A DNA stretch of 64,000 bases from Paraphysomonas bandaiensis (taxonomy: Eukaryota; Protista; Chrysophyceae): NCBI GenBank assembly GCA_965644295.1, contig CBFFRP010000080.1, forward strand, positions 1 through 64,000. Direction: 5' to 3'. The notes beneath the pieces are model-generated. The model was not told the origin of the DNA. It made no database searches and saw nothing but the letters and a program-made list of their open reading frames with translations. The position numbers and the translations under genes were made by a program. This document shows positions 1-11,589 of the stretch, one piece after another. Within the stretch, counting starts at the first letter, position 1. Each line of letters opens with the position of its first letter.

Positions 1-26
1 CCTTCGTTCTAGTTTACATCATTGCT
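1..26 (+). other. Residual Oxford Nanopore ligation-adapter sequence (technical, not genomic)
   Basis: ccttcgttctagtttacatcattgct resembles the adapter 3' end CTTCGTTCAGTTACGTATTGCT and lies distal to the telomere. Confidence 0.8.
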
Positions 27-1973
27 AACCCTAACCCTAACCCTAACCCTAACCCTAACCCTAACCCTAACCCTAACCCTAACCCTAACCCTAACCCTAA
101 CCCTAACCCTAACCCTAACCCTAACCCTAACCCTAACCCTAACCCTAACCCTAACCCTAACCCTAACCCTAACCCTAACCCTAACCCTAACCCTAACCCT
201 AACCCTAACCCTAACCCTAACCCTAACCCTAACCCTAACCCTAACCCTAACCCTAACCCTAACCCTAACCCTAACCCTAACCCTAACCCTAACCCTAACC
301 CTAACCCTAACCCTAACCCTAACCCTAACCCTAACCCTAACCCTAACCCTAACCCTAACCCTAACCCTAACCCTAACCCTAACCCTAACCCTAACCCTAA
401 CCCTAACCCTAACCCTAACCCTAACCCTAACCCTAACCCTAACCCTAACCCTAACCCTAACCCTAACCCTAACCCTAACCCTAACCCTAACCCTAACCCT
501 AACCCTAACCCTAACCCTAACCCTAACCCTAACCCTAACCCTAACCCTAACCCTAACCCTAACCCTAACCCTAACCCTAACCCTAACCCTAACCCTAACC
601 CTAACCCTAACCCTAACCCTAACCCTAACCCTAACCCTAACCCTAACCCTAACCCTAACCCTAACCCTAACCCTAACCCTAACCCTAACCCTAACCCTAA
701 CCCTAACCCTAACCCTAACCCTAACCCTAACCCTAACCCTAACCCTAACCCTAACCCTAACCCTAACCCTAACCCTAACCCTAACCCTAACCCTAACCCT
801 AACCCTAACCCTAACCCTAACCCTAACCCTAACCCTAACCCTAACCCTAACCCTAACCCTAACCCTAACCCTAACCCTAACCCTAACCCTAACCCTAACC
901 CTAACCCTAACCCTAACCCTAACCCTAACCCTAACCCTAACCCTAACCCTAACCCTAACCCTAACCCTAACCCTAACCCTAACCCTAACCCTAACCCTAA
1001 CCCTAACCCTAACCCTAACCCTAACCCTAACCCTAACCCTAACCCTAACCCTAACCCTAACCCTAACCCTAACCCTAACCCTAACCCTAACCCTAACCCT
1101 AACCCTAACCCTAACCCTAACCCTAACCCTAACCCTAACCCTAACCCTAACCCTAACCCTAACCCTAACCCTAACCCTAACCCTAACCCTAACCCTAACC
1201 CTAACCCTAACCCTAACCCTAACCCTAACCCTAACCCTAACCCTAACCCTAACCCTAACCCTAACCCTAACCCTAACCCTAACCCTAACCCTAACCCTAA
1301 CCCTAACCCTAACCCTAACCCTAACCCTAACCCTAACCCTAACCCTAACCCTAACCCTAACCCTAACCCTAACCCTAACCCTAACCCTAACCCTAACCCT
1401 AACCCTAACCCTAACCCTAACCCTAACCCTAACCCTAACCCTAACCCTAACCCTAACCCTAACCCTAACCCTAACCCTAACCCTAACCCTAACCCTAACC
1501 CTAACCCTAACCCTAACCCTAACCCTAACCCTAACCCTAACCCTAACCCTAACCCTAACCCTAACCCTAACCCTAACCCTAACCCTAACCCTAACCCTAA
1601 CCCTAACCCTAACCCTAACCCTAACCCTAACCCTAACCCTAACCCTAACCCTAACCCTAACCCTAACCCTAACCCTAACCCTAACCCTAACCCTAACCCT
1701 AACCCTAACCCTAACCCTAACCCTAACCCTAACCCTAACCCTAACCCTAACCCTAACCCTAACCCTAACCCTAACCCTAACCCTAACCCTAACCCTAACC
1801 CTAACCCTAACCCTAACCCTAACCCTAACCCTAACCCTAACCCTAACCCTAACCCTAACCCTAACCCTAACCCTAACCCTAACCCTAACCCTAACCCTAA
1901 CCCTAACCCTAACCCTAACCCTAACCCTAACCCTAACCCTAACCCTAACCCTAACCCTAACCCTAACCCTAAC
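25..1973 (+). repeat. Telomere, (CCCTAA)n, about 325 units
   Basis: Uninterrupted CCCTAA hexamers at the contig start, with the C-rich strand on + as expected for a left chromosome end. Confidence 0.99.
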
Positions 1974-2176
1974 TTACTTACTTTTGGGTCTTTTCCTGTG
2001 TTCGCTGTTTTGCAGGTGTTGCGCCCAGGGAACTCGAGTGGCTAAACACACCAAGAAACGACGAACCCTGTGATTGATGGGAAGCTTCTTTCCCACCACC
2101 CCGCTGCTCGCTAATTATCTTGAGTAGAGGGTGATCAAAAGTGGATGCATGACATCGCACAGAGTCCTCTTGCAAC

Positions 2177-2272
2177 ATTGTTAAACAGATCCACACCTCA
2201 AATGGGTAAGGAGCGATCGGGGGACAGCGTATAACCCTAACCCTAACCCTAACCCTAACCCTAATCGAATAG
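2177..2272 (+). repeat. Subtelomeric module copy 1: 57-nt unique sequence + (CCCTAA)5 + TCGAATAG
   Basis: Identical to 3351-3440 apart from one extra hexamer. Confidence 0.95.
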
Positions 2273-2279
2273 TGTGTAA

Positions 2280-2850
2280 ATATGAAGTATAAATTCGCTT
2301 ACTATGAAGTTATATATGTTATATATAGGTATATATGTGTATATATGAAGTATAAATTTGCTTACTATGAAGTGTGTATGTTATATATGTTATATATAGG
2401 TATATATGTGTATATATGAAGTATAAATTCGCTTACTATGAAGTGTATATGTTATATATGTTATATATAGGTATATATGTGTATATATGAAGTGTAAATT
2501 CGCTTACTATGAAGTGTGTATGTTATATATGTTATATATAGGTATATATGTGTATATATGAAGTATAAATTTGCTTACTATGAAGTGTGTATGTTATATA
2601 TGTTATATATGTTATATATAGGTATATATGTGTATATATGAAGTGTAAATTCGCTTACTATGAAGTGTGTATATGTTATATATGTTATATATAGGTATAT
2701 ATGTGTATATATGAAGTGTAAATTCGCTTACTATGAAGTGTGTATGTTATATATGTTATATATAGGTATATATGTGTATATATGAAGTATATATTGACTT
2801 ACTATGAAGTGTGTATATGTTACATATATGTTATATATAAATGAAGTCAA
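2280..2850. repeat. AT-rich subtelomeric minisatellite, unit about 71 bp, about 8 copies
   Basis: Unit atgaagtataaattcgcttactatgaagtgtgtatgttatatatgttatatataggtatatatgtgtatat repeated with variation in gttatatat copy number. Confidence 0.93.
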
Positions 2851-2924
2851 AAATGAAGTGTTTGTAAGTTAAAAATTGACATACTTTGAAGTGTGATGCT
2901 TCTGACATTCTTTGGGTTTTGGCT

Positions 2925-2969
2925 GGGGTTAGGTTGGGGTTAGGGTTGGGGCTAAGGTTAGGGTAGGGT
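2925..2969 (-). repeat. Degenerate telomere-like repeats in inverted orientation
   Basis: ggggttaggttggggttagggttggggctaaggttagggtaggg. Confidence 0.75.
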
Positions 2970-3350
2970 ATATGATATCTCAAGAACTATGACGAGTTAA
3001 AAAAAAGTAAACATATCAGTAAATTCAGCGTACCCATATTATTCTTGTAAAAAACTATGACCTTCACCTATAAAGCTTTTTATAAAAAGTTAGGAGCTCA
3101 CACCTCTATCTAACCTTAACCGCACCCCATAAAAATAATATCTCTGGAACTACGGGGTAAAAAAAATTAAAAAATATATCAGAAAACGCAGAATACCCAC
3201 ATTACTCTAGTAATAAAAGACGACCTTTGCCCAAAAAAAATATTCTCATAAGTTATGAGCTCAAAACGCTCATAGAGCCGTATTCACTGTATTCTATATC
3301 AAGAATAATGCGCGATGGTAAACTTACTTTTTTTGATTGGCTTAAATTTG

Positions 3351-3440
3351 ATTGTTAAACAGATCCACACCTCAAATGGGTAAGGAGCGATCGGGGGACA
3401 GCGTATAACCCTAACCCTAACCCTAACCCTAATCGAATAG
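3351..3440 (+). repeat. Subtelomeric module copy 2: 57-nt unique sequence + (CCCTAA)4 + TCGAATAG
   Basis: Direct repeat of 2177-2272. Confidence 0.95.
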
Positions 3441-3975
3441 CTGCTTAAATTTATACACAATTATTCATACTGATGCAAGTACATAATATGAAACAAATCA
3501 GCAAACTAATGTCTGTGGTATAGGTACTGGAAATGCGGAACGAAAATATATCAAATCCTCACATCCATCTGCGGAAGTTCCTGAAGCTTTATGCGCATGT
3601 TGTGTTCCAAATCAGCTGATATAAAGGGGCGGTCAGTGATAGGGATATTGCATTTAAACGTCTATGATTCGCTGCATGCGCAGTAATGCAACAAGACAAT
3701 AGAAAGTGTCAAGTATCCTTTCCAAAGTGACAGTGCAAGCTGACCAGTGATCTGGTGAATAGTAATAATTATGACACATGACTGGGTAGCCCGCGTTTCT
3801 GTTCTGTAGTACGTTTGAAATTATGTTTACCTACTCATATACAAATTTACTACTGTTGGTAAATATTAGCTACATTCACGTACCTGTCTTGCAGCTACAT
3901 ACGATCGGGATCGAGACTAAGCAATGGCAGTAGCCGCACTTATATATCCATTTGACGGACATTCTAGTGCTTGTA

Positions 3976-6028
3976 CTAATTTAGCCAGTGTTCTAGACCA
4001 GTTGGTCGAGGAGTAACCTGTGAACCATAGGTTTGCATAGCAGGCATTATAACAATCTTTTCGAAGAGGTGGTCATCCAAGCACCCGATTTCGCGCGCCA
4101 CTGCAACAGTTTCACATAAGTTCCACGTGGCATGGCCCCAATTCGATGGTATATACAGCACGTCTCCTGCACTCAGCAATAAAACCTCGTCATATACTAC
4201 TTACTGAAATCATCGAGGCAAGAATACTACCTGGGCCCTGCAGAACGTGGACAGCAGTCAAACCCATGAGGTCGTGATCTAAGCGGGCCTCATCGAACAA
4301 CACCTTCTCGCTCCAAGTTTCCTGCGAGCTATAGTTTTCTATCCCCTCTCCCACAGACTCCAACTTTCGTGCCAGTCGGCTGAGTTCTCCAGGAGGAAAT
4401 AAGGTCCAGCGCTTGTACCCTGACAATACCACATTATATGCCGCTACATGAGCGTGCAACGGTGCCCCTGCCCCCTTTCCACCGATAGAAAACTGTGGTT
4501 TGTGCAGAAAAAGACGATCCTCCGAGCTGCAAATGGACTTCAAAAATTCAGGGGTCTCCACTTGGTCCCGCATTGAAGTGGTGCGCTCGCTAGAGTCGAA
4601 AGCAATCCACTGTTCCCCATGTCCTTCCTGCTGGTGTTGCATTAGGTCTACAAAATCCGAAAGAGTGAGGATATGACTTTTTCGCCCGAAATTGGTAGCG
4701 TATGGAATCGGTCCAGTCTGAAATCTGCTATCACAAAAACGAGCAAGTGCTGTTTCTTAACTCACCTCAAACATGACATCTCCATATTTATCCACGAAGC
4801 TCTGTTTTGCAGTGTGGCGCCATATTCCCATATTAGCGGTAAGGTTCCCTGTGATGAGAATGGGCCTGTGAAGATCTACAAACATGGCTGCAAATTCGGC
4901 AACAGATAAGTCATCTGCGGATACCGTCTCAATCACTGGACCCGCGAGAGATGGCAACTCAGTGCGAGATCCATCCCAGCACTGGCCGAAATTCTGTGAA
5001 CTCTCGACTTCGCCAGTATCAACATGAGCATCCCTTTCGCGCGAAGTAGAACGGGCTACGGGGGATAGAAACCGAATGTCATTACCATATAAATTCCTCA
5101 TACTATTGTCCATATATATATCCATATGATTTGCGGCATTCACTGGTAGTGTAACACCTTGTCGGCTCATCGTTGGAGCAAGCTCGAGCAGAATAGAGAC
5201 CATCACCGGAGGCAGCAATGCCAAGTCAACAGGAGAAAAGCCGCGCTTGTCCTTGGATTGTAGCATCATTTTTGTGGTACGGCTATCGGGGTAAGGGTGA
5301 TCTAGCAGTTCACGTAAAACGTCAATGTTGCCCCTCCGAACGGCTACATGTGCAGCTGTCAGTCCATCTGGAGTGGCCTGAAGTGGATTGGCGCCGAAAT
5401 ACAGCAAGAGCTGTACCATTATCGGGTCATCCAACCATGTCGCAATATGCAGACAGGGCCATCCATACGCATCAACAACGTCTGGTGAGAAGCCAATATC
5501 TTCTACCAGCAGACTTACGGCAGCGTAGTCGTGATGGCTAACAGCCAGGAGAAGTGGTGATGAGTATCCTAACGCTTCTATCATACCAGCGATTGAGTGA
5601 TGCATCGAGACTACAAATTCACGATGCCCAACAGATGACTCATAGAATGGAAGCACCACAGTGCGATAAAGCTGTATCGAGTGCAGAGAGTTGGGAGATA
5701 CACTGTACAAAGTGTACACAACGCTGTGCATTATATGACTATCGTCTGTCGCCTCCCAAAAATGAGGATTTGCCCCATAATGAAGCAAATATCTCGTGCA
5801 GGCCTCATTGACAGCGATGACAGCCAAGTGCAGAGGAGGCAGAGGCGGTAGACCAGGAGCAGCTCTGACCACATCGTCAGGAAGAGCACCGTTAGGGTCC
5901 GCCCCTCGAGACAGAGACAGCCTGCACATATCTCCTGAGGGGTCGCTCAGTATCCCCTGCAATAGACTCACGCTGTCGTCATATGATCCGCAGACACCTG
6001 ACAACAAACAGAATAACAGTAACAGCAT
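3976..6028 (-). CDS. Signal peptide + ankyrin repeats + JMJD8-like JmjC/cupin domain protein (3 exons; introns 4718-4765 and 4167-4230)
   Basis: N-terminal MLLLLFCLLSGVCG; ankyrin motifs PPLHLAV, GWPCLHIA, GLTAAHVA; splicing joins FE|TGPIPYATNFG and QGPG|DVLYIPSNWGHAT; JmjC motifs GAPLHAH and GYKRWTLFPP. Confidence 0.88.
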
Positions 6029-6573
6029 CGCTCTATACGAAACAACCCTGACTGTCACACATATAATAGATGCATATGAGTAGTGCAGAGATCAGGATCA
6101 GCAATGAGGAGGAGAAAGACAGACAGATGTAATTAACATGAGATGTCTTCACTTGGTGTTGATGTATATGTATATCATGTATGCATGGCTGTGGTTCTCT
6201 CTGCGCTGTTGTTGTATGGTATGGTATGGTATGGACTGCTGTGAAGTGAGTCAGCATGATAACATCACCGTGACTTCGTATATATACGGTATGTATACTG
6301 CTGTATATCGCCTTGGTAGGGATATATACACTGTATTTTACTGGTGTGGGAAACAAAGCAAACATATGTGCATCTCAGTGACCTCACTGCAGTCTTGCTT
6401 TCTGTTAGTCGTATAGTATGAAGGTGTGACGGTGTGATGCACGCTGGAGCTTAATTGCTTGATACCTTACTTCATCGTCGAAGAGCCTCATAGCTATAGG
6501 ATATATATAGGCCATAGATAGCAGCTTCTGTATATATAAGATCATTGCCTCTACTTATAGCGAAATAGTGCCC

Positions 6574-8022
6574 ATGTTTAAAGATAGCGTGTCTTATAAG
6601 CTGCTCGGTAGTGACAGGGTGGAAGAGGACAGCTCAACAATTAAACGCAGGGCCTCATCGGTGTACTCCGAGTACACAGACCCAGCCCTATCAGGGGAGC
6701 CGGTGTTGCTTAACGAGGCGAGCTCTGTGTCCTGTATGATAAACCTCACCAACACCATAATAGGGGCAGGTGTTCTGGCTCTGCCCTATGCGGTGGCTAA
6801 CTCAGGGTCTATTCTCGGCATAGTCCTCATAGTCATATCGGGGTCCATGCAGATATTTTCCTTGCACATTCTCTCCGTATGCGCGGCCAAAGTTCCGCCT
6901 CCTTCGTCGTTTTATTCTGTCACACAAGCTAGCACCCCGTCTCTCACTGTTCTGATAGACCTTGCAGTCGCCATACAGAGTTTTGGTGTATGTTCTTCGT
7001 ATTTCATTGTGATGGGAGGACTCATGCCTGAAGTGATGAATGCTTTTGATATAGATGGGATATGGAGCAGCCGATTGGCTTGGATATTGATTGGATTTTC
7101 TATTGTGTCTCCACTGAGTGCATTGCATAAGCTTGATGCCCTCAAATACACTTCAGGTCTGTCAGTGCTCTTCGTTTTGTTTCTGACCCTTCTGGTACTC
7201 GGGTTTTCAATTCATGGTGATGGACTGCATCCATGTCCATCTGAAGACGATGGTGGCTGTGTAGGAGATAAACCCTACGCTTCCGTCACCAATTCGACCT
7301 TCCGTGTATTCAGCATATTCACCAATGCCTTCTCTTGCCAATCGGTGGGTGAGAGCACTGATTATATTACTTGCTGACGTTATTCACAGAACATATTTGG
7401 AGTGGTGAATGAGATTCGAAATCCTACTCAGCGAAGAGTTGACATGGTATCTACGTCCTCTATCCTCGCTGCGGGAATAATATACGGCACCGTTGCTATG
7501 GCGGGGTTCTATACATTTGGTGACGCTGTCGAGTCCAACATTCTCCTCAACTACCCCAGTAAGTTAACTGTCTGTTTTTATCCTTCCTAATCTCAGGATA
7601 CCTGACTATTGTGCACAGATACCCACCTGACAAGTGTAGGCCGTGTGTGCGTTTCTCTTCTTGTAGCTTTCTCCTACCCCATACTACTTCAGCCAGGAAG
7701 GAATTCTATCTTAGGACTTTGGAGGTTTTGTGATGTCGATGAGGAGTCGTGGATAAAATATAACTCCTTTCGATATGCTTTGGTGACGGTCGTTTTTCTC
7801 GGGGGTTCATTGTTGACTGCCCTTTCTGTCTCTGACCTTGGTATTGTATTCTCTCTTGTTGGAGCAACTGGAGCCACTATGGTTAGTTTTATTCTTCCTG
7901 GTGCTGCATATTATGCGATGCACCAGCATGAAGGTGAGGCATGGAAGAGAGCTGGTGCCCTTGCTCTTTCAATTTCAGGGTGTGTCATTATGCCTGTATG
8001 CCTCGTTTTCATATTTATATAG
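6574..8022 (+). CDS. AAAP-family (AVT/SLC38-like) amino acid transporter (introns ~7346-7389, ~7559-7618)
   Basis: NLTNTIIGAGVLALPYA, AFSCQS|NIF, FSYPILLQPGR, SLVGATGAT; many hydrophobic segments. Confidence 0.93.
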
Positions 8023-8499
8023 TATCTACTTGCACATATGCGTTCTATTAGTTAACATATATATGTTTTGCTGTATTATAAATGTTACATGAGTTGTAAT
8101 CTATCTGATACTAAAGATTACTATATAAGAAGTATGAATTGTATTGTTCGTTTAGGGTTATGGTTAGGGTTAAAGACCACTAGTAATTATTAAATATGTT
8201 GCAATATATTGATATATATTGGGCGCTAAGAATTGTTACTATATATGTGCTTTGTGGATCGGTACTTGGTGTCAAGCTGTCGTCGTACCTTTTTGCTGGC
8301 CCTATGGCTTTCAAAAGCAGCAGCAGCGTTTCTTATATTTGCCACTTCGACGGCACTGTCCAGTGAATCAGGTTCTTCTGCATTTATTCGTGGTTTTAAC
8401 CACACTCACCATCACAGCACAAAAAAAACAAAAAACACTGTTGTTATGTACGGAAAAAATGTAACAGTCAATTCGGACTCGACTCAAATGAAGTATATG

Positions 8500-9620
8500 T
8501 GAATTCATATGACAGCAGCGGACAACACTCCCAGTGACCCAATCACAGGGCAAAATGATGTATGTGCAGATAACTTCATTATATTCGACTCATTCTTATA
8601 CTTAAAGTTGTCTCCAAAGGAGAGCAGATCCAATACTAAAGAGCGCACAGAGAAGGCTGCACGACAAGCCAAAATACAGGCTGAGTCGAAGAAGGTTCAA
8701 AAACAGTGGAAGCGGATTGGTTTGAGACATGAATCGTTTCATTTGCCAGATTCAGACCTTCTCAGTCAGTATCCAACGTTAAAGCTGCGAAGGCTAACGC
8801 TCCTGAGCATATTTCTTTAGGTTGTTACACCTGCACTTATCACGACAATTGCCCGATATATAGATCCTGAGCACCTCTTTTTCAACAAAGGAAACTCTGT
8901 GCTGTTCACTGTGAGTAAGATATAACAAGATGCGTGCTATTTGGATTCGTATTTATGGCGAACAATTCGTGTTTACTGGTGTCCAGAAGGTACTGGTGTT
9001 CAGGACTGGAATAATACCGAAAAGAGTTCAGAAGAAATTATCCTACTATTTCGTCGTTTGGCATACTATTTGCCGAAACATTCACTGCCAACTTTACGTT
9101 TGACAAGCTCTACTCTGAAGATGTCTCCTTGAAGTTTAAGAGTATTCGTAGAGGGATTATTAATCCGAAGCAATTCCTGCGTTGACACGATTGGTGCAGC
9201 ACGGAGTAGATATGTGGGGAAAATGGAATGGGTATAGAACAAAAGAAAGAAGCAAATAGTTGTGCACGCTCATAGGAAAGATGGGAGAAGCAACACACAG
9301 TATTAAGTAATGCGTACACGAGGCGGGCAACCAAGGCCTCCACATCATATATGTATTCCTGTGTGTGATGACTATTCCAAGCTGTGACAGATACAACAAG
9401 CAAATCAAACAGGAATGGTATGATGGCCAAACAGGAATGGTGGCAATGGTCGTTTTTGGGTGAAGCAGGGAAGCATAATTCGTTTATGTTTGGTTGTATA
9501 CTTCAAAACACTTCCAACGCATATCGTCATAAAATAATGAATGTCGATTCCGAAGATTTTGAGTACTTTACAGTAGTTATTGTCAAACGATTTGTATGTG
9601 CATGCAAGCACACTCTCTGA
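8500..9620 (+). mobile_element. Frameshifted transposase-like remnant (possibly piggyBac-related)
   Basis: Fragments across frames (IPVCDDYSK..CDRYNKQI, GEAGKHNSFMFGCILQN) recall piggyBac-type transposase C-termini; many stops; family recognised from memory only. Confidence 0.35.
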
Positions 9621-10539
9621 TAGTAGTACTATTTAGTAGAGTAATACAATAAATTTAATTGATTTGAACGTAAATATATTACTTCTTATAAAAGTGTGGT
9701 TACTGACTGTGGTTAATGAGTGTGGTTAGAAGAAGCGGCACAGACATGGTAGTAAAAAACAAAAATGGCCTTGTATGCAGACATGCTACTTCAACAAGCA
9801 GAGATTTCACGAGACGAGATGAGATGGAGTATGGCATATTAAATGACTTCGGGAAGAGAATAGGCATATTCAGAGAACAAAACTTACTCACTTCAGTTAA
9901 GTTGTTGTTTCTTAGGAAATCGATTTTGAATACGTTTGTAGTTTTTGTAGCACCATGTATATGTACCATGCCACAATAATTTGAACAAATATGGTCATAA
10001 TAATATATTATAGTAATAATAAGTTTTATTCACTATAATATTTTGATCTCTTACTAATCTAGTGGAGTAGAACGACTTATACTAGTAAATACTCTAGTAT
10101 AAAACGTGGGAAAAATTTCCACATATGCATAATATGTTTACTTATAGTCTCATAGCGGCTTGCGAGATATCGATGGTCTTAATCGCCGATAAATTGAGTC
10201 GTTTTACTTGCATGAACCGATTCGCAATCACTGCCGCAACTATTGTCACTGTCAGTTCTTGCAGTAGGCAATACTCTTTCATATATTGCTTTGGAATAGC
10301 ATTTGCTACAGGCTGGCGAAGGGGAACGGGGAGGCATCTGGCTGAGGTGGAGTCGCGACTGCTGTACTCACATCAAACTTTTCTTATGCCTTTTCTTCCT
10401 CAACATCTCGATTTCTTTTTTCATCAACAAGACAACAAGCTCCTCCATTTCTGCATCAACTTGATGTTGTTGGGAGAATCTATTGTCAACAACATCAACT
10501 ACCGGAACTTCAAACTCTACTTTCTGTCACATAATAATA

Positions 10540-10830
10540 ATATAATATAGTCAGCAGATAACCTTCTGCCTCTACTCATAGTCAAATACTTGTGTGATAC
10601 GAGGGACATTATAATATTAGTGTCACATACATGTGTATAGATACGTCATTGGGCCCTGACTAATAACCAGACAACTGGGAGTGGGCCCACCTCAAAGGCA
10701 TCCGGGGTATTGGGTTGCCTGCTGCTGAAGTCAACCATCCGGGCTGTTCGTAAGGGTTCAACAACTCTCTCAAAAATCACCAGAGATGTCAGATATATCA
10801 ACATTCTGCTTGTTCACTGCTTTTGCTTAT
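10540..10830 (+). mobile_element. SINE-like family copy (partial, degenerate)
   Basis: Matches 19405-19600 and the reverse complement of 59260-59465 (gtcagcagata..gggcccacctcaaaggcatccggggtattggg..ctgaagtcaa). Confidence 0.85.
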
Positions 10831-10894
10831 TATTATATAGTAGAGTGGTTGGTGCCGAGAACGAGCTCACATATTATTCGGTAACAACACTAAG

Positions 10895-11589
10895 AAGTAA
10901 ACAATATAATATTATGCAACGTGGGAAATTTTAAAATTTGGGAAAATCTATAGTAGATTTTACTAGAGGTTTTTAAGAATTAATTGTTGAAAAATAGAGT
11001 CCTAAAAGTGCTGCACTGCAATATAGTACAGCAGTGTTAACAATTACTTTTATTAATATTTAGGTCCTATATAATAGAGGACACATCAACAGTACGTTTT
11101 TTTTTTCCAGTAACTACTCGCTGTCTGTGCCCTAAAATAATAATACTACTATATTTAGCCATCATAAAACGCCAACAAGCAATATACATCGCGTCACACA
11201 ACTATTCGATTAGGGTTAGGGTTAGAACTAAAAATATATTGCAAATTTTAATATTAATATTGGTTGAATGATGGATATATTATATTATATTGAACGTGTA
11301 GTGAATACTCTAGTATAGGATTTGTGTGACGCGACGTGTATTGGCGTTTTATGATGGCTATTAGTATTAGTATCAGGGCACAGACAACGTGTATAGTTAC
11401 TGGTAAAAGGAAACGTGCTGTTGGTGTGTTCTATAAGAGACCTAAATATTATTGAAAATAATTATTAACACTATACTATATTGCATTCAAGCACTTTTAA
11501 AACCATTCTACAACAATTCTATCTATCAGATTTTCCCAAATTTTGAAAAATTCCCACGTTTGCATATTATAATATAATATTGTTTACTT
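10895..11589. repeat. Degenerate long inverted repeat (arms 10895-11201 and 11322-11589) with CTATTCGA(TTAGGG)2TTAG at the start of the spacer
   Basis: gcgtcacacaa/ttgtgtgacgc, gccatcataaaacgccaa/ttggcgttttatgatggc, aacgtgggaa/ttcccacgtt and aagtaaacaata/tattgtttactt are colinear reverse complements. Confidence 0.88.

Noticed and set aside
22-2073. 683-aa (LT)n ORF
   Set aside because: Translation of the telomeric hexamer
2280-2850. Regularly spaced repeats resembling a CRISPR array
   Set aside because: The intervening sequences are themselves repeated, the context is eukaryotic and there are no cas genes
8152-8173. Short ttagggttatggttagggtta tract
   Set aside because: Too short and degenerate, and lacks the CTATTCGA flank
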